Positions 1 to 13,853 of a stretch of 64,000 nucleotides of DNA are shown one piece after another; positions within the stretch are counted from its first letter, which is position 1, and each line of letters begins with the position of its first letter. The stretch is taken from the NCBI GenBank assembly GCA_030704615.1, contig CM060732.1, positions 44,826,001 through 44,890,000 of the forward strand, in the 5' to 3' direction. Made by a program: the position numbers and the translations under genes. The notes below the pieces were generated by a model. That model saw only the letters and a program-made list of their open reading frames with translations, did not search any database and was not told the origin of the DNA. Source of the stretch: Takakia lepidozioides (lineage: Eukaryota > Plantae > Bryophyta).

Positions 1-2408
1 AGTCGCTTGAGGTATGTCACCAAATCTGTTGGAGTGGAGTGCCTAAGGAGCGTATGATACAGTGGGTGCCTTTCGAGAGCCACAACTTGCCTGGAGAGTA
101 TCAGTCACCCACAAGAGTCTTAATTTTCACAAGATTACAAAGATTGATTTGTGGGAATGTCCGGAGTACTTTGATGGGGGGGTTAAGATCTCTTGGGCAG
201 ATGAGAACCTGGAAAATCACTGTATCATGCTGAATTGGCTGGGGTGAATGTGGAAAGAGCAGTAGAGTCTGTTTAGCTGTAGGAGTTGGTGGAGGAGTGT
301 GGCGTACCAAAGGGACTAATTCTTGACTGAGTTGTCCAAGTAAGCGAATTCTTGGAGGTCATGACGGGCAGCACATGGAGCTGTCAATGGGAAGATACAA
401 GTAAAAGCAAAGTTCTTTTTGTTGTTTTCGGCAGGTTTTGGTGGTAATGCAGTCTGCATTGACAGCAGCAGGCAATTGCACCATGTGGTTTGCAGCATAC
501 CGCATATATCAAGCCTCACAACAGGAGTCCAAGGCCCCGTAGCCACCTTGCCTTCCTGGATAGTTTCAATTGGCACTTCGGAGTGAGGTGTGTCTCTCGA
601 TTCAAGTCATGCTGTGTATGTTGAGGATTTTCAACTCCCAGGAAAGTGGATGTGATAGGCCATTCGGGTTTGAAAGTATCACTGGACAGTATATTGTTGT
701 CTCCTTCTCAAACTGTGTGTGGAAGGTGGACCATCCCATGCATGTTGCTTGAGCTGATCTACTTGAGGGGTATCAGTGATTACTGGAGTACCAGGCCTGC
801 AAAATCAGATGCAAGCAATCTTGCAAACGAGATGATAGAGCCCATCCCTGCAAGGTTGCAGACCTGCATGGGGCGAGGCTCCTAATTACGCTGACTTGGG
901 TTGGCGTCATCTCTCTCTCTGCAAATCTTGATGCTATTTACTCACATTGCAGCGCAAAAGAAAACATGTCAAACATCTTATGTGTACTGTAAAAATTTCA
1001 AATGTTTAATGAGAAGGCAGTACTCAATTCATTTACATTTGATTCTAACATACTCTATGACTATTGCACTTGCACCTTTCTTTCAGCAAGGCTCTCACTC
1101 CTATACAAGTGCCATCGGCCCTTGCCAACACCTCTGTAGACAGTCTGTACACATTCTGAGATATGCGTCATCAAATCCACGAGCTTCCATAAACTCATGC
1201 GCATTTGGTTGCCATTGGCAACTCGAAACAAGATTCTTCCATTTGATAAGCCCGTTGAGGATCATCATTTTGCACGTTGTTGGGCTGAGGTAGGAACAAT
1301 GCTCAGGGAATTACTTGCCTTCCAGGTCATTCACGGGTTCATCTACACCAAGACCAGGGAAGTACCTAGTCTTGTCATGGGCTGCGGAACATATTATGCT
1401 GCTTGTTTTATTTTACGATACCACACAGAGCAACAGAAAATGCAGATGAGGTACCAGACTTATTCCATGGGAGCATTGGACATTACCTCCAGTTCCAGAT
1501 CACAAGTACCTGTATGATGTGAGGCTCATGCTTCAGCGTGATACCCAGCTCCGTGATTGGTTTTCTTTTGCTCTGAAGGACTTAGGCAAACTGACCTGGG
1601 ATTACGATCACATTTTTCCCAAGGGGCATGAGGCCATGCCAAGAAGTGGCTCCACTTTTCAAAAGTGATAGGCACACCACTCAATTACACAGATGAGGAG
1701 CTACGGGCATATACGGGCATATACTACACGTGCCCGACAGAAGGTGGCACAAGTATTGTTACAAGGTGTTCCAGACATGGTAGGCAGTCATGGGGTGCCA
1801 GTCAAGCTTCCCGAAGTGCAGCCGAAGGTTAGGAAACAGAAAGGACAGCGGGGGATAGTGACTCTAATACCACTGGTTCTTTAGATGACAACTTTGACAT
1901 GGTTGAGGACTATGAGGAAACCATGGAGGAGAAGAGGAGAAGAGGAGAAGAGGCTCTCCTGTTCCTGACAGACGGCCCCCACTTGATTCCAAGACAGTCC
2001 AATCTGCTCCGGTGAGCAGTCCCACCAGCCAAAGACAAGGCTCGGGCTCATACACAGAGCCCTCATAGAGACTCTCATCAGCGTACAGGTGCCAAATTTC
2101 AGAGGTTTGCTGGCCCCAAGTAGTAAACCGTGAGGGCACGGCTTTTTGAGAGGGGGGGGGGGATAATGTTACAGGGCTGTCTGGGACTTAGACGATTTAC
2201 GGGTTCTGTGGAGTACCCTTAATTTTGCGCAGACATGGCTTTGCTGCCATGAGTCATCACAGGCCCACACATGCCTTAAGGTGTGGCACACTCAGGCCCA
2301 CACAGGTCTTACGAGACAGCAGTCACAGGCTTACACAGGCCTCTGCATATGATAGGCACGGGCTTTAAGCAGTAGAGGCTATCGCAGGCAAGGGGGTACG
2401 ACAGCTAA
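1..2408 (+). mobile_element. Partial LTR retroelement (orphan-ORF family, copy 1): internal region, PPT and truncated 3' LTR from 2167
   Basis: PPT TTTTTGAGAGGGGGGGGGG (2143-2162) is followed by TGTTACAGGGCTGTCTGGGACTTAGAC..., which matches the LTR starts at 48944 and 51501. The internal protein is homologous to 50533-51460. LTR similarity fades near 2408; the 5' part lies outside the window. Confidence 0.75.
1197..2126 (+). pseudogene. Frameshifted orphan protein of the LTR element (MRIWLPLATRNKILP...EDHHFARCW...GCGTYYAACF)
   Basis: ORFs 1197-1517 and 1693-1884 plus out-of-frame pieces (HWTLPPVPDHKYLYDVRLMLQRDTQLRDWF; DSDSNTTGSLDDNFDMVEDY) align co-linearly with the copy at 50533-51314. Confidence 0.75.
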
Positions 2409-4353
2409 TGCTCCTTCAAACATTATCAGTAATTTTCCTTGCAAGCATGATTGTTGTGTTTGAACTGTGAAACCCAGTTTTAACATCTTGTTGTCACATA
2501 AACATGCCCTCAATGTGGGTTTCAGCTCAAAATCTTTAGTGATTTCCTTGAGCCCTTTTCTCTGCAACAAGTCTCAAAAGAAATATACAAATCAAACACA
2601 AGGAAACGTTTCTCCCTGTCTTCTTCAATTTCTTAATCCGAAGACACTTAGTACCCCATCATGTAATCAGATTATTGGACAAGCCTCAAAGGTACGACAG
2701 CTGCACAAACTCACATCCAGCGTTTTTTTTTTGCGCGAAATTTCACCACTTTTCGATCTAGAAATTGGCCTCACGAAATTTACAAAAGAATTATGGGTTA
2801 AAATATGGCACTGTTTCGTATTACTGCCCTCCCTAATGCCATCACGTCGATGCAATGAGGACGCCGCCTGTACAACTGTCGCACAAGGAAAGAGCCATAT
2901 GTCATTTGGGCTCGTTAGATCCAGATGCTCTTGCCTATGGATTTCTAGAAACCCTACCACCCTACCAGCGCAAGGAGCAAAGCCTTGGGTTCAAACTCTT
3001 CTCGCTTTCACCAAGGGGTCGAGCTATGGAGGAACTCTCATTTAGGTTTCACTTACCCACCTAGTATCCGTGTCATGCACCTCCATTGAAGTAGACTTGC
3101 ACCGCCTCTTGCACTAGCACATGAGGCTTTGAGCAGAGTTGCTAATCTTGGACAAGATTAGTCATATTTGTCAATGGATTGTATCCATGTGAGAGAGTTG
3201 TGCTAGGCTTTGCAATATGTTGTGTCGTTGTTACTTAGATAAAATTACCTCCCTTGTCGCTCCCACAAACTGAACACTACATGAGTTGAGTTCGCATAAA
3301 ACTCGTCAAACATTCTTGACATTAGCCACCTGTTCGAGATCACATGCCATAGAGTCGCCACTTGATCTTCCTCATAGGCCAGCCAGGAGCCAACGTGGCT
3401 CAAGTTCTTAAATGAAAAAAAAACGCTGCTCACATCCTCCTCTTGGACAGGTTGGGGAAGCCCGCAGTCCGTAGGAGAGCGTTCAAAGGACGGTCGTCAC
3501 TTGTCACCTGCTTGTCCAACAGGATGTTTGTGTGTCCTAGGAAGATAAACAAAGTGGAAGAAAAGCCTCCACTTGTACTTCCATTGACTGTAGCTGTGGA
3601 TCTCGTGAGTAGATTTGTTCAGTATTCGAGCACTAATTAGGTGAAGCTTGTACTGTACTAGGAATTGAAGACTGGCAGAGCCCTTAATCAGCGATTCTCC
3701 GCCTCTCTGACACTGCGGGGACAATGCATTGATTAGGTAGTCTGCTGAAATCCGTCTGGAAAATGGAAAGGCTGTCGATTGTTTTTCTCCTGAATTTTTT
3801 AGATCACAAATGCGAGCAGCTGCTCATGCAAGTGTACGCACACGAACTTCTTCTGTGAATCTTAGATAGTGAGGGACAGAAGAGATGTATAGCGAGAGCA
3901 TTGCAGCAGATTCGAGTGGAATAAATCCCAAAGGCAGAACTTCGAAACTTGCCAAACGCGCATCGTGCACGATGTATATAGCCCAAAAGAGATCATGTGA
4001 AAGCACTAAGTATCATCTTTATTGTAAGGACTACTGACTACAAATGAATTAGAGGCAAGGGCATAACACTAAGCCAAGGAGAGGACTAGCGCAGACAAAG
4101 AATGCGGTATGTGGGGCAAATGGACATACGGTTATCCCAAAGCTAGTATGCACAACGAAAACCTTTGGAAGATGGACCCTGTATAGCGATGCTCATATGG
4201 CGTTGATATGGCAACATTCAGCATTGTTGCCAACCTGCCAGCCAGCTTATGGGGGAAACCTCAATAGCTGCCGAAGGACGTAGATCACTTTCTATGGCAG
4301 TGAAGGATGAGACTCTGAAACCCCTCACTTCAACTTCAAGTGGTAAGATGCTT

Positions 4354-6151
4354 TCAAGGGGCCTCTGAAGTTGCAGCCTCGGGTGCTGCCTCAGCAGGGG
4401 CAGCAGGTACTTCTTCAACTTTCTCTTCGACTGGAGCAGTCTCTGTTGGAGCAGCGGGTGCCTCAGCTTCAGGAGCAGACTCTGGAGCTGGGGTGTCAGC
4501 AGGGGCAGTGGTTGGTTCGACAGGAGGAGGGACCTCCACCTCTTTTGAGGCAGCTGCAGGCGGAGGCGCAGGAGCAGCTTCACCTTCAACAAAGACTGCT
4601 GTTTTTTCCAACAGGAACGTGATTGGACCTAGCAGTAGCGATGTTCCATACTTTGACACTCCATCACTCAAAATCTGTGCTCCAGGGACACCTGATTTTT
4701 AACAACCCACCAGAAAATTTCAGTCCAATGAGTGAAACTATCTTGAATCACCTCTATTCCCAGAGGAAGACAAGAGGGAGGGGGTGGAGGGGGAGGAACA
4801 GGACAAAGTATTGATGGGCTACTGAAATGGAAGTCCTTGTCTTGGGTTGTTGTGTGTGAGGTTAAGGAAGTGGAAAGAAACTTCATGACGTCCACTGGTC
4901 CACAAGGGTCAGAAAGAGAGAGAGAGAGAGAATCAAATTTCCAAACTGTCTAGGTAGTAGATTCGGCTGGCAAGTGATCTTTGGAGATTAAACAAAATAT
5001 TTGGTCTAATCAACCATTTTGGTTGGAAATGCTTTTTCCTAATACACTGCTAACTTCCTCATACTAAGGCTCCAAAAGCAGGAGATTGTGTAGGGCTGCG
5101 ACATTCACCTGCTGTGGAAAGTTGTGATAACAGAGTCTCAACACTAGCACTGTGATCCTTCACACCAGCCTCTGATGGCTCCTTCAACAAAGTCTGACCA
5201 CAGAAGCCCAAATAAACAATATAAGTTTGTAGCCAGCCCAGAATTCTACTCACCCTCAGTGCACACCTCTATAGACAGTAGATTGTGTATATGAACGGCC
5301 CATGGAAGTCACTCAATCAAGCAACTCAGGAACGAAAAATACGTCCACCTGAGACAATGGAGAATGAGAAAGGACGGAAAGATGTAAAAGACCAAAACGA
5401 GGAAGTTTACACAATTTAAAGAGCAGCTGTACCTGAGTTTCAGGTTTGGAAGACTTGTATATTTCAACGACCTTCGGTTGTAGCTCGTCCTTCTTTTCCC
5501 CTAGTTGTGTAACGATGGTTTCCTGAAAAAGTCCAGATCTTGTGTACATATTTAGTGCCGGATTATTCAATGCTGAGAGAGCACATGCAGCAGATCTTTT
5601 GTGCTTTCACTATCTTCTTCCAAAGACATGGATAATAGTCTCTACAGTCTGTGACTGTCGGCAGCAAGCAATAGTACACCCATAACATCTGACACTGGCA
5701 CAAGAGGAAACGTCAGGCATGGTAACCGTCCCCTACAAGAACCTACGATTGTTCTCCTATGAGCACTGAGAGTGTCCGAGGAACAGGACAGGTGCACAGC
5801 ACCATGGAGAGTCCTAAAACTGTAAACTCTCTTAATGAATACACATGAGTACATCACCACACCAGAGGATGCAAGCACTTGAGTCTCGTAGTACAGGTCT
5901 ATAGACAAATTGCATAGATTCCTAGCAAAAAGACGTGACTACAGACAATGCTAAGCTTTCCACGGTGAATTTGACTATATTGCCACCAAATTCCAAGAAG
6001 ATACGAGCGTCAGTTCAGCTGTGCCACGATTACCATGTACCTTCTGCTCCTCAAAAGTCTTCGTTACGTCTGCCGATCCTTTCTTCTTCACCGGCTTGTT
6101 GACAAGCTTTTTAAGCTTAGGCGCCACTTTGGACTTCCAGAAACTACTCAT
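4354..6151 (-). CDS. PCAP1: DREPP / PCaP1-family plasma-membrane-associated cation-binding protein, 207 aa; exons 6151-6041, 5522-5433, 5193-5109, 4691-4354
   Basis: Spliced product MSSFWKSKVAPKLKKLV...KTFEEQK|ETIVTQLGEKKDELQPKVVEIY...|TLLKEPSEAGVKDHSASVETLL...|VPGAQILSDGVSKYGTSLLLGPITFLLEKTAVFV plus an Ala/Pro/Glu-rich tail matches the DREPP pattern. All three introns are GT...AG and the frame is continuous (111+90+85+338 = 624 nt). Confidence 0.93.
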
Positions 6152-9100
6152 CGTCACAAGCCCTTCTCTTCCGCCAAAGATGGATAGTTCTGAACGTGTA
6201 TAAACGTAATTAACAAAAGGTTAGTCTGACTGTACAAGAGGATAGGACGAGAGTGACGCATGACTTGTGAGTGTGGGCTGAAGATCAAGGCATCCAAACT
6301 AAGCGACGAGCGCTATTTTGCAGCACTTAGACACGTATTTCCACTCCCACCAATTCGTGAATGAAGGAAGGATGTCTGGACTGCGGGTACGTTAGAAACA
6401 TGAGGACCTGCGCCAAGGAGAGGGCTCCAAATATGCAGGAGAAATATCTAGTCCAGCCCCAAGGAAAACTGATATTCTGGAGGGCCACCCCGAAATGCAG
6501 AATGACAACGGAAGATTCTAAAAATTGACTCAGCTTCGTCCTTCCTGATTTGAAAGTCTGAATTGTGTACAAAATCCACATGGGCAAGCACACAGGGCAA
6601 TATGTGAATTGAGCCCAAAAGATCGAGCAAGAACACGAAGAGAAGATTCCATTTGTGAGTGTCTACCTAGCAGTAGCCGTGCTGAATAGCCTTGGTCGAA
6701 CTATCGGATGCGCGCTCCTGCCTCGCAGACCTGAGTTGGAGAGACGGAGAGAAATCGTGGGAGGTAGGAGACAACAGTATCATGGGTGTCTTTGCGTGCG
6801 CGGTATTGGGCTCGAGGTGTTGGTGGGCCAGTGTGGGCAAGGGTGCAGGGCAGTATTAAACGCCAAAAGTGTCATCGCCGCTGTAGACTCCTGCCACGCG
6901 TACCACACTAGCTGCTTGCGGCTTTCTTCTGGCTGACCATTTTCTTCACTGCTTAGCTTCTCGAGTTCCGCTTTGCGTTCCACAATCACCGTGCTAGCTG
7001 CTATGTATGTATGTAGTAACACTTCAGTGCAGTAATAGGTTTCCAGTCCAGCAGCTAGTTTGTAGCTTCAACAGATTGGCTGTACAGTCGACATCCATTC
7101 TGTTTACCATTCTACCTGGTATAATCTTGTTGTCAATCCCTCTCCAAGATTGGGCCCAGGATAGTAAGTAGGTGGGAGGGGTTAGGACGTAATGCTTAGA
7201 GAGATCTCACAGTAGGGCCCAGTGTAGCAGAATCGTACAGCTTACGTCTGCCAGCTGGTCTGATTCAAGCAGGCCCTTATTGGTGGGTACGCTATCCTTC
7301 TCCTGCTCTGCCCGTCCTCACAAACATAATTCGAGGACTTCTCCAAAGACAATGCGGTTACGTGCCAACAAGCACCACAAGGCTCGAAATTTGTAGCTCA
7401 TCGTGTTGAAGTATATTCATTCATCCTTCACTCTAGCCTGATTCTAACGGTGGAGTTGTAGTTCATATGGCCATTGATTGCTGGGTTGAATACTGCACAC
7501 ACCTGCAAAGCAGCAGTCCGCAGTAATAGTAAGAGCACAACTGATCTCCCTTATGATCTTCACTCGTCTTTACTGGAGGGGACGTGTCCAGTTCTTTTAT
7601 TGGAGTATATGTGACTAACGACCTCACGGTGATTGCCACAGTGGAGTGCTGGCAGCCGCCGAAACTGCTCTCCCCCCAAAAATGGCGCTCTGCTAATCTT
7701 TGTCTCAAGACTTCAACTTTATGCCCAACAGTCACTTACTACCTCAATTACTCCCCTTTAGATGCAAGCATTGCCTTCTGTAGGAGGGCCGGAGTTTAAA
7801 TCCTATGGAAGATCAAGGACGTTGAACTTGGCCGCAGGATTCCTCACTAGAGCTATATTAAGGTAGGGGGCCGGGGCCCCCATAGTTGCACATGGGTGGT
7901 CAAGGAACAAGTGGACCCCTCCACCGGGCCCCCCTTCCGTGTCCTCTCCTCCCTTTTATATGGATTGTTTGATTTTTAGCTGGAGATGTTTCTTTCGGAG
8001 ACGGTTATGTGGGGACACTGCAGAGAAAACCTTAATTAGCAGTTTCTGACACCGCATTCTCAAGAGAGCCGTTTAAAACTTCAGTAGTATTAGATCATAA
8101 ATGTCATGATATGTTTCTTTCAAAGGATAAAGGAATTGGTGGCTGGTAGGTATTTGCAGGTTGGTATATGACACTGGATTCCCGGCCAGGGGCAGAGTGA
8201 TTTGCAGTCTGGTGGCGGGCAATGCAGCAGACGGATGCTATAATCCCAGTTTGGTTGCCAAATGCTAAAAACAGGGAGAGTGGTAGGCTATGGGACAGGT
8301 CGTTTCTTGCAGACTTGCAGTATGCAATTTGCGACGTCAATAGCGCTGACTAATTACATCCATACCCGTCCTTGTCCCCAGTACCCATTTACAGATCTTC
8401 CGCTAAAAGGATCAGAGAATCCTGTTCTGGCGTGATCATTGAAGGCTTGGTACGCAGACGGTCTGCTAAACTTGTTTGTCTGTGTGTCAAAATCATGTTC
8501 GCAGCATCGAATCAAGCAGATAGGCTAATCGAAATGGATTTGCAAATTTAATGAGATACAAGCTGGGGCAGGGGACTCGCATGAGCATGTGTGTTTACTC
8601 ATTATCAGGTAATTTCTTTATATAGAGGGAATCAACGTTCTCCGTCCACGCCAATGCGTTATCCAAAGGTCCTCTTATGCCACCAACCCTGGGGGGCCCC
8701 GCATTCCATGCTGCTACTTGGTTAAGGAAACTGTGAAAAGCCTGGCAAGTTGCTCTCCCAGTTCATGAGGGCGAGTGCCGCCAGCGGGGTCCTGTTCATT
8801 AAGAGAGGTTTATTAATTTTTTACCTGTGCACCATGCAAACTGACCATGTAAGCTGACTGGCTGCTTGGAATGGAGTGGGCCCAGCAGTTGGAGTGACAG
8901 ACACATTACCAAAGCTAGATGGCAGAGAGCTGACATTGGCCGCTAACTTAGCATGTGAGCCCAGCTGCCCAGTCTCTTTGGATGCTAGTTTCTGCTGCTA
9001 CTCTGCAAAGGTTACTGAAGTTGTGATGAACTTGAAGCTCCAGACTAGAGGAAAAACGTGCCATCTGAGCTTTCACCCGTTCCCAACCATTGGCATCTAT

Positions 9101-11032
9101 ATGATCCTCACCTCCAAAGTTTTAGGGGAGGGTATAGGCCCCATCTTGAGACAGCTCTTTCCATTCGTCCTTTTCAGCAGCCTACCAAGCGGATTCGCAC
9201 CTAGGGTTGTCACTTTCAAATTTTCTGCCAGTCTTCAACTTCCTCTAAGCTTTCCAAGTGGGCCCACAGCCATTGCTTAGCTGGCCTATGTAGGTTTTCG
9301 CAAGACAACCCCAATGGCATAAATCATTGAAACTTGCAAGTTCAACCATAAAATCTTAGGTGTCCTCTTACTGAGGCGAGAATATGCCAGCCCCCTGCCT
9401 CGCAAAAAGACACACAGCACATGTGGTGCGTCTAAGATTCAGGATTGAAGGCTGGCTGACATTCTGCTCTGCAAAGGCCTGTGGCATCTCCGAGAAAAAG
9501 AAGACACGTCGATGGTCAATCATTCAAGTGGGTGCAGGAATCCGTTAGGCTTTTCACCTGTGTTAAATTCTTGGTTCACTGCTACAAAGTGACACCCTTT
9601 GAATTGTGTTCAACAGCTCCAGGACTCGGACCACCAGTAGGAAAAATCACAGAAGAAACAAACCATGGAGGGCCCTTTGTACAAATTCTAGTACCACATT
9701 TTGCTTTCAGTTGGCCCCACCTACAGACTATTTCAATTCTACCTAGCCTTGTAGCCCAGCCCAATTTGTCCACTTTCTATGCGAGTTTGTTCAATCATTA
9801 GAGAAAATCGGTGAGAGGAATTTTCCAATCAACAACAACTCCTCAAGACAGCGCCAAAGAACACGCTGGTTCAAAACTGGATTTGGAATGAGTTCTGTCG
9901 TAAAAATGGCCTTTGGGTTGCATTCAACTTTGTGGGACTCGGTAGTAGAAGGAAACACACAAAGCAGGAGTAAAAGTTGGGAAAAACAAACCAAAAAAAA
10001 AGAGCTAAAGAATCCTAAAAGCAAGTCCTTTGTATTTTGTCGACTTGATTTTCTACTTTTCCTGTGTTAAGGTCCGACAGCAACCTACTATAGAAGCTTT
10101 CTTGCTCGGTGGTCACACACAAGACTGGTTCATGCCTACGCCGCAACGAGAATACAGCAAAGAGGATTGAAAAGTATTCCTGGCGCCATCGATGCGGCCA
10201 CCAGTAAAAGTCCTAACATGCACCCTTAAGGGAAAAAAAAGACGTACAGGAGAGGACACCTTCCTTTGCCTCATCAATCACATCATCTCTGCGATGTGGG
10301 CTTCCACATTTGTTCAATCACAAATCCTCCATCTTGCTACGCTCACTGCAACTTGTCGTTTCAAAATCACACAAGCCTTCAAAATTGTTGCAAGTCTAGA
10401 AAATATGTTACAGCACCAGAGATGATCCCACGAGCTAAGGGTGCCCAATCAAGAGGACCTACCCAAAGGCCCCAACCAATGCGCTCCCACCAGATGATGG
10501 TTCTTTTCTTTTTCTTTTTGATGGTTATGGGATCCTCATTGAGACATGGGACTTCTTCTTGTTCTGGAGATCTGTACTAGAAAAGATTGGAATGAAATGG
10601 TGTGCGCTGTGTAAGTTAAGTGGGAGAGATGACAAGCTTAAAGAGCAAATGGTGCATGAAAGGCAAAAGGGAGACGCAGTGGGCCACGTGATGTGCAGAC
10701 TGTCATTGCCTCACTCATTACTTGCATTATTGCCAACTGACAACAGACTCTCTTCTTCTTGGCCTTTTTTTTTTTGAAGTAGACAACAGTCTCTTTGGTT
10801 CTCCAGTGTCACACCTGCTTTTCGAATCAGATTTCCACTGCCAGATTTATTATTTATCGATCTCTAGTGCAGAAAAACCCAATTTTGAAATCTCGGAGAA
10901 ACATTTTTCCCCTCAACCCAGGGGAGCCAGTAATTACTAATGACTTGAAGTGAGCACAATAGAATATCAGGTATATTCTAGAAACATTGCCTAGAATATT
11001 TTACATAGAAACAAAAAGATAGAAGGATGTCA

Positions 11033-12056
11033 AAGTGGAAGAACGAGTGGCATATATAGCAATAAAAGATTTAATAGTTTATCCTTATATTTTTAATCAT
11101 TTTTTAATTATTTTTAGTATTCATCTTTTTAGTCATAACGTCGTAACCTAAACTTATTAGACTCATTAAAAGTTATATTACTGTACGAATTAAATGGCTC
11201 TCATTTTTTAATAATTGGGACTTGAATGCACCTATGGGCCTGCTGCTACGGCCCATGGGGTGAGCTCATGAACCCACCCCCTTTCACCGGTCTAGATTCT
11301 GAATTTTTTCCAAGTCCTAGTTCTTTAACGGCAGCGGACCTTCTAGCGGACTGGCCAAACCCTCAACAGACAGACTCCAATTGGCGAGCGGACTGTCCAG
11401 CGGATTGGTGAGCGAACTAACCAGCAGACTGGCGTTTATTGAAAATAAAGTTTTGTTTTAATTATAGTAAATGATAACAACCTACCAATTTTATCGGTAC
11501 ATACCAATAAATAGTATATGTGATTCACAAATATAATAACCAAAGTTGATACATTTATTATAGTAGTTCATATTTTTTTCTATTTCCCTTAGGAAATATT
11601 ATTTGCTTTTAGAGTTTTCAAGTCTCTCATGATCTCGCTTAGCCTCTTCCAACATTTTTGTACATCTTTCACAGTTTTTGACAATGTTGCCTATAGTCCG
11701 ACTCTCTTAATTAATTACAGTAGAAAGGAAAAATAGATTGAAATACTTAGAATCAGATTGTTACATGTCCGATCTTTAGATGTTTAGAAAATGAAAGTGA
11801 GACTGAATGTTGTGTGATAGATTTTTTAATATATATATATATATACTTGATTGTTACATGTTAAATTTTGAATATTATTTTATTATTTTTACTAGTAAAT
11901 ATCTGTTGATTTAACTCGTACAGTAATATAACTTTTAATGATTCTAATTTAGGTTATGACTAAAAAGATGAATACTAAAAATAACTAAAATATGATTAAA
12001 ATATAAAGATAAACTATTAAATCTTTTATTGCTATATGCAACTTGTTCTTCCACTT
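11033..12056. mobile_element. Non-autonomous foldback/MITE-like element with ~160 bp terminal inverted repeats
   Basis: 11033-11195 (AAGTGGAAGAACGAGTGGCATAT...) is the near reverse complement of 11908-12056 (...GCAACTTGTTCTTCCACTT). Internal short GCGGACTGGC-like repeats lie at ~11330-11435. No clean TSD seen. Confidence 0.75.
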
Positions 12057-12199
12057 AAGTCTAGAAGTGGTATGGCATCCTAAGGTATATATTAATGAAT
12101 CTATTACATCCCAGCTCGTGCATGAGAATGTACTGCTTCCGACCAGCGACCCCAAGTTTGCAGCACACTTTAAGATATTGGTCGGCCCGTACAGGCTCG

Positions 12200-12345
12200 G
12201 ATGATTCCTTAGAGGAGATATATATATATATATAAATCCGCTCTAAGGATATAAGTAGGATTCCTTAGAGCGGATATAAATAATAATTCATCTTTTTTTC
12301 CTTTTCCCGCTCTAAGAAATCCTTTAAGCGAATATTAACCCCTAA
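12200..12345. repeat. Dispersed repeat (CCGCTCTAAGGA/TCCTTAGAGCGG units), probable DNA-TE subterminal region
   Basis: 12259-12330 is the reverse complement of ~48073-48145; related units occur at 47757-47848. Confidence 0.6.
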
Positions 12346-13853
12346 ACGACTAGAGCTATTTTTGTCCATTTGGACAAAAATTGGCCCACCTGCTACCCCC
12401 TTTCATCCAAGGGATGAACCGTTGAAACATGTCCCTACCTAGTACATGCACAGGCACCCCAAATCCCCATATATTTGACCGTTCCATTTGAGATATTACA
12501 ACAAATAAGTTAGGTCCATTTTGTACAAAAAGCAAAAAAAGGTCCCAAAAGTGCATATTGACCAAGCCCGTGAGCAATGTTGCAAAATTTTCCAGGGCAA
12601 ATGCCCTCCATATTCCATTGCCTCCTCACATCCCGTAGGCTTTGTCAAAATTAGCCAAACTCAAACTTTTATGTGCTTATATTGAGGTTGTATTGTTCCC
12701 CTAATTTTGATATGCTCGGGATATCGTTAGTAGACATGTAGAAAGTGAAGAAAGAAACGATGAGAGAAAAAGTCAGCAGGATGATATGTTTATAGATACA
12801 CAAAATTGCTCCAAATCACACTATGTTATTGTTGAAGTATAATTTGTGCGAAGTTTAAAACAAGTTATAGACCTATCAGTCAACCAAATCCTTGGCCCTT
12901 TGTCCTTTTACAATTTCACTGCACATCAATGTCATCAACAAACTATTTAAAAATATTTTTATCAAAAATTGTATACATGTACAAGTAGATAGGTGACATA
13001 TTAAACAATTTAAAATGAGGTTCGTTTTCAATCTTCTCAAGGTCCGAGTAAGTTCCTTGAAAAACAAACAAATAAATTTTATACTAAATATTTTTACTTT
13101 TTCACCTACTACTTATGTGGTAGCCTTGGGCTTGTGCTCTTCAAGCTTGGTTTGCATGAAAGGTGATCACCATAATAGATCACCTCCAAGGGCTACGCTA
13201 CAACTATTTTTTTATGCTTCTTAAAGGCCATCCTTGCATGTCTTGCCAAATTGAAAACCATCCGGGGTACTGTCAATCTCCACCTATCCATTGCCTCTTT
13301 GCATCTAATTCTAGATAAACAGCTTGTAATATCTAACAATATTTTGTGCAACCCTGAGATAAACTGATCAAGACCTCTCATGTAAAGACCTTCCTCTATC
13401 AAGTGATTTACGTTTGAGGTTTGTAATTTGGGTCACGTACCTAGTAGCACTTCAATAAACTACCTATAGTAAAGCGGATAACTTATTACTTGGGGATCTG
13501 ACCATTACTCAGTTAACGTAGCCGTTACTGCATATAGCAAATGCAACCGACACTACTATTTTACTAGCAAGCTTGAAGAAGTGTGATCAAGACAAATTAT
13601 TATATCAGTTAGTATCCATTATAGAGTGGGGACAATAGATTGATAAATCATAAGATAAAACATGAATAGTCCTTATAAATTAAAATATTTACGAGGAGTA
13701 GCCAAATCAAAAGCAAAAAAGTTAAAACTTACATTGAGGTGAATAGGAAGACTCGTTGCTATTGTAACAACAAAAAATGAAGATGAAAGTCTTTTGCCAT
13801 ATGAGCGTAACCATCGACAAAGTCGCATCAAATTGTCCACATGTACGTATTTA

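Noticed and set aside
4218-4702. Alternative-frame and antisense ORFs over DREPP exon 4
   Set aside because: Shadows of the GC-rich Ala/Pro/Glu-coding exon.
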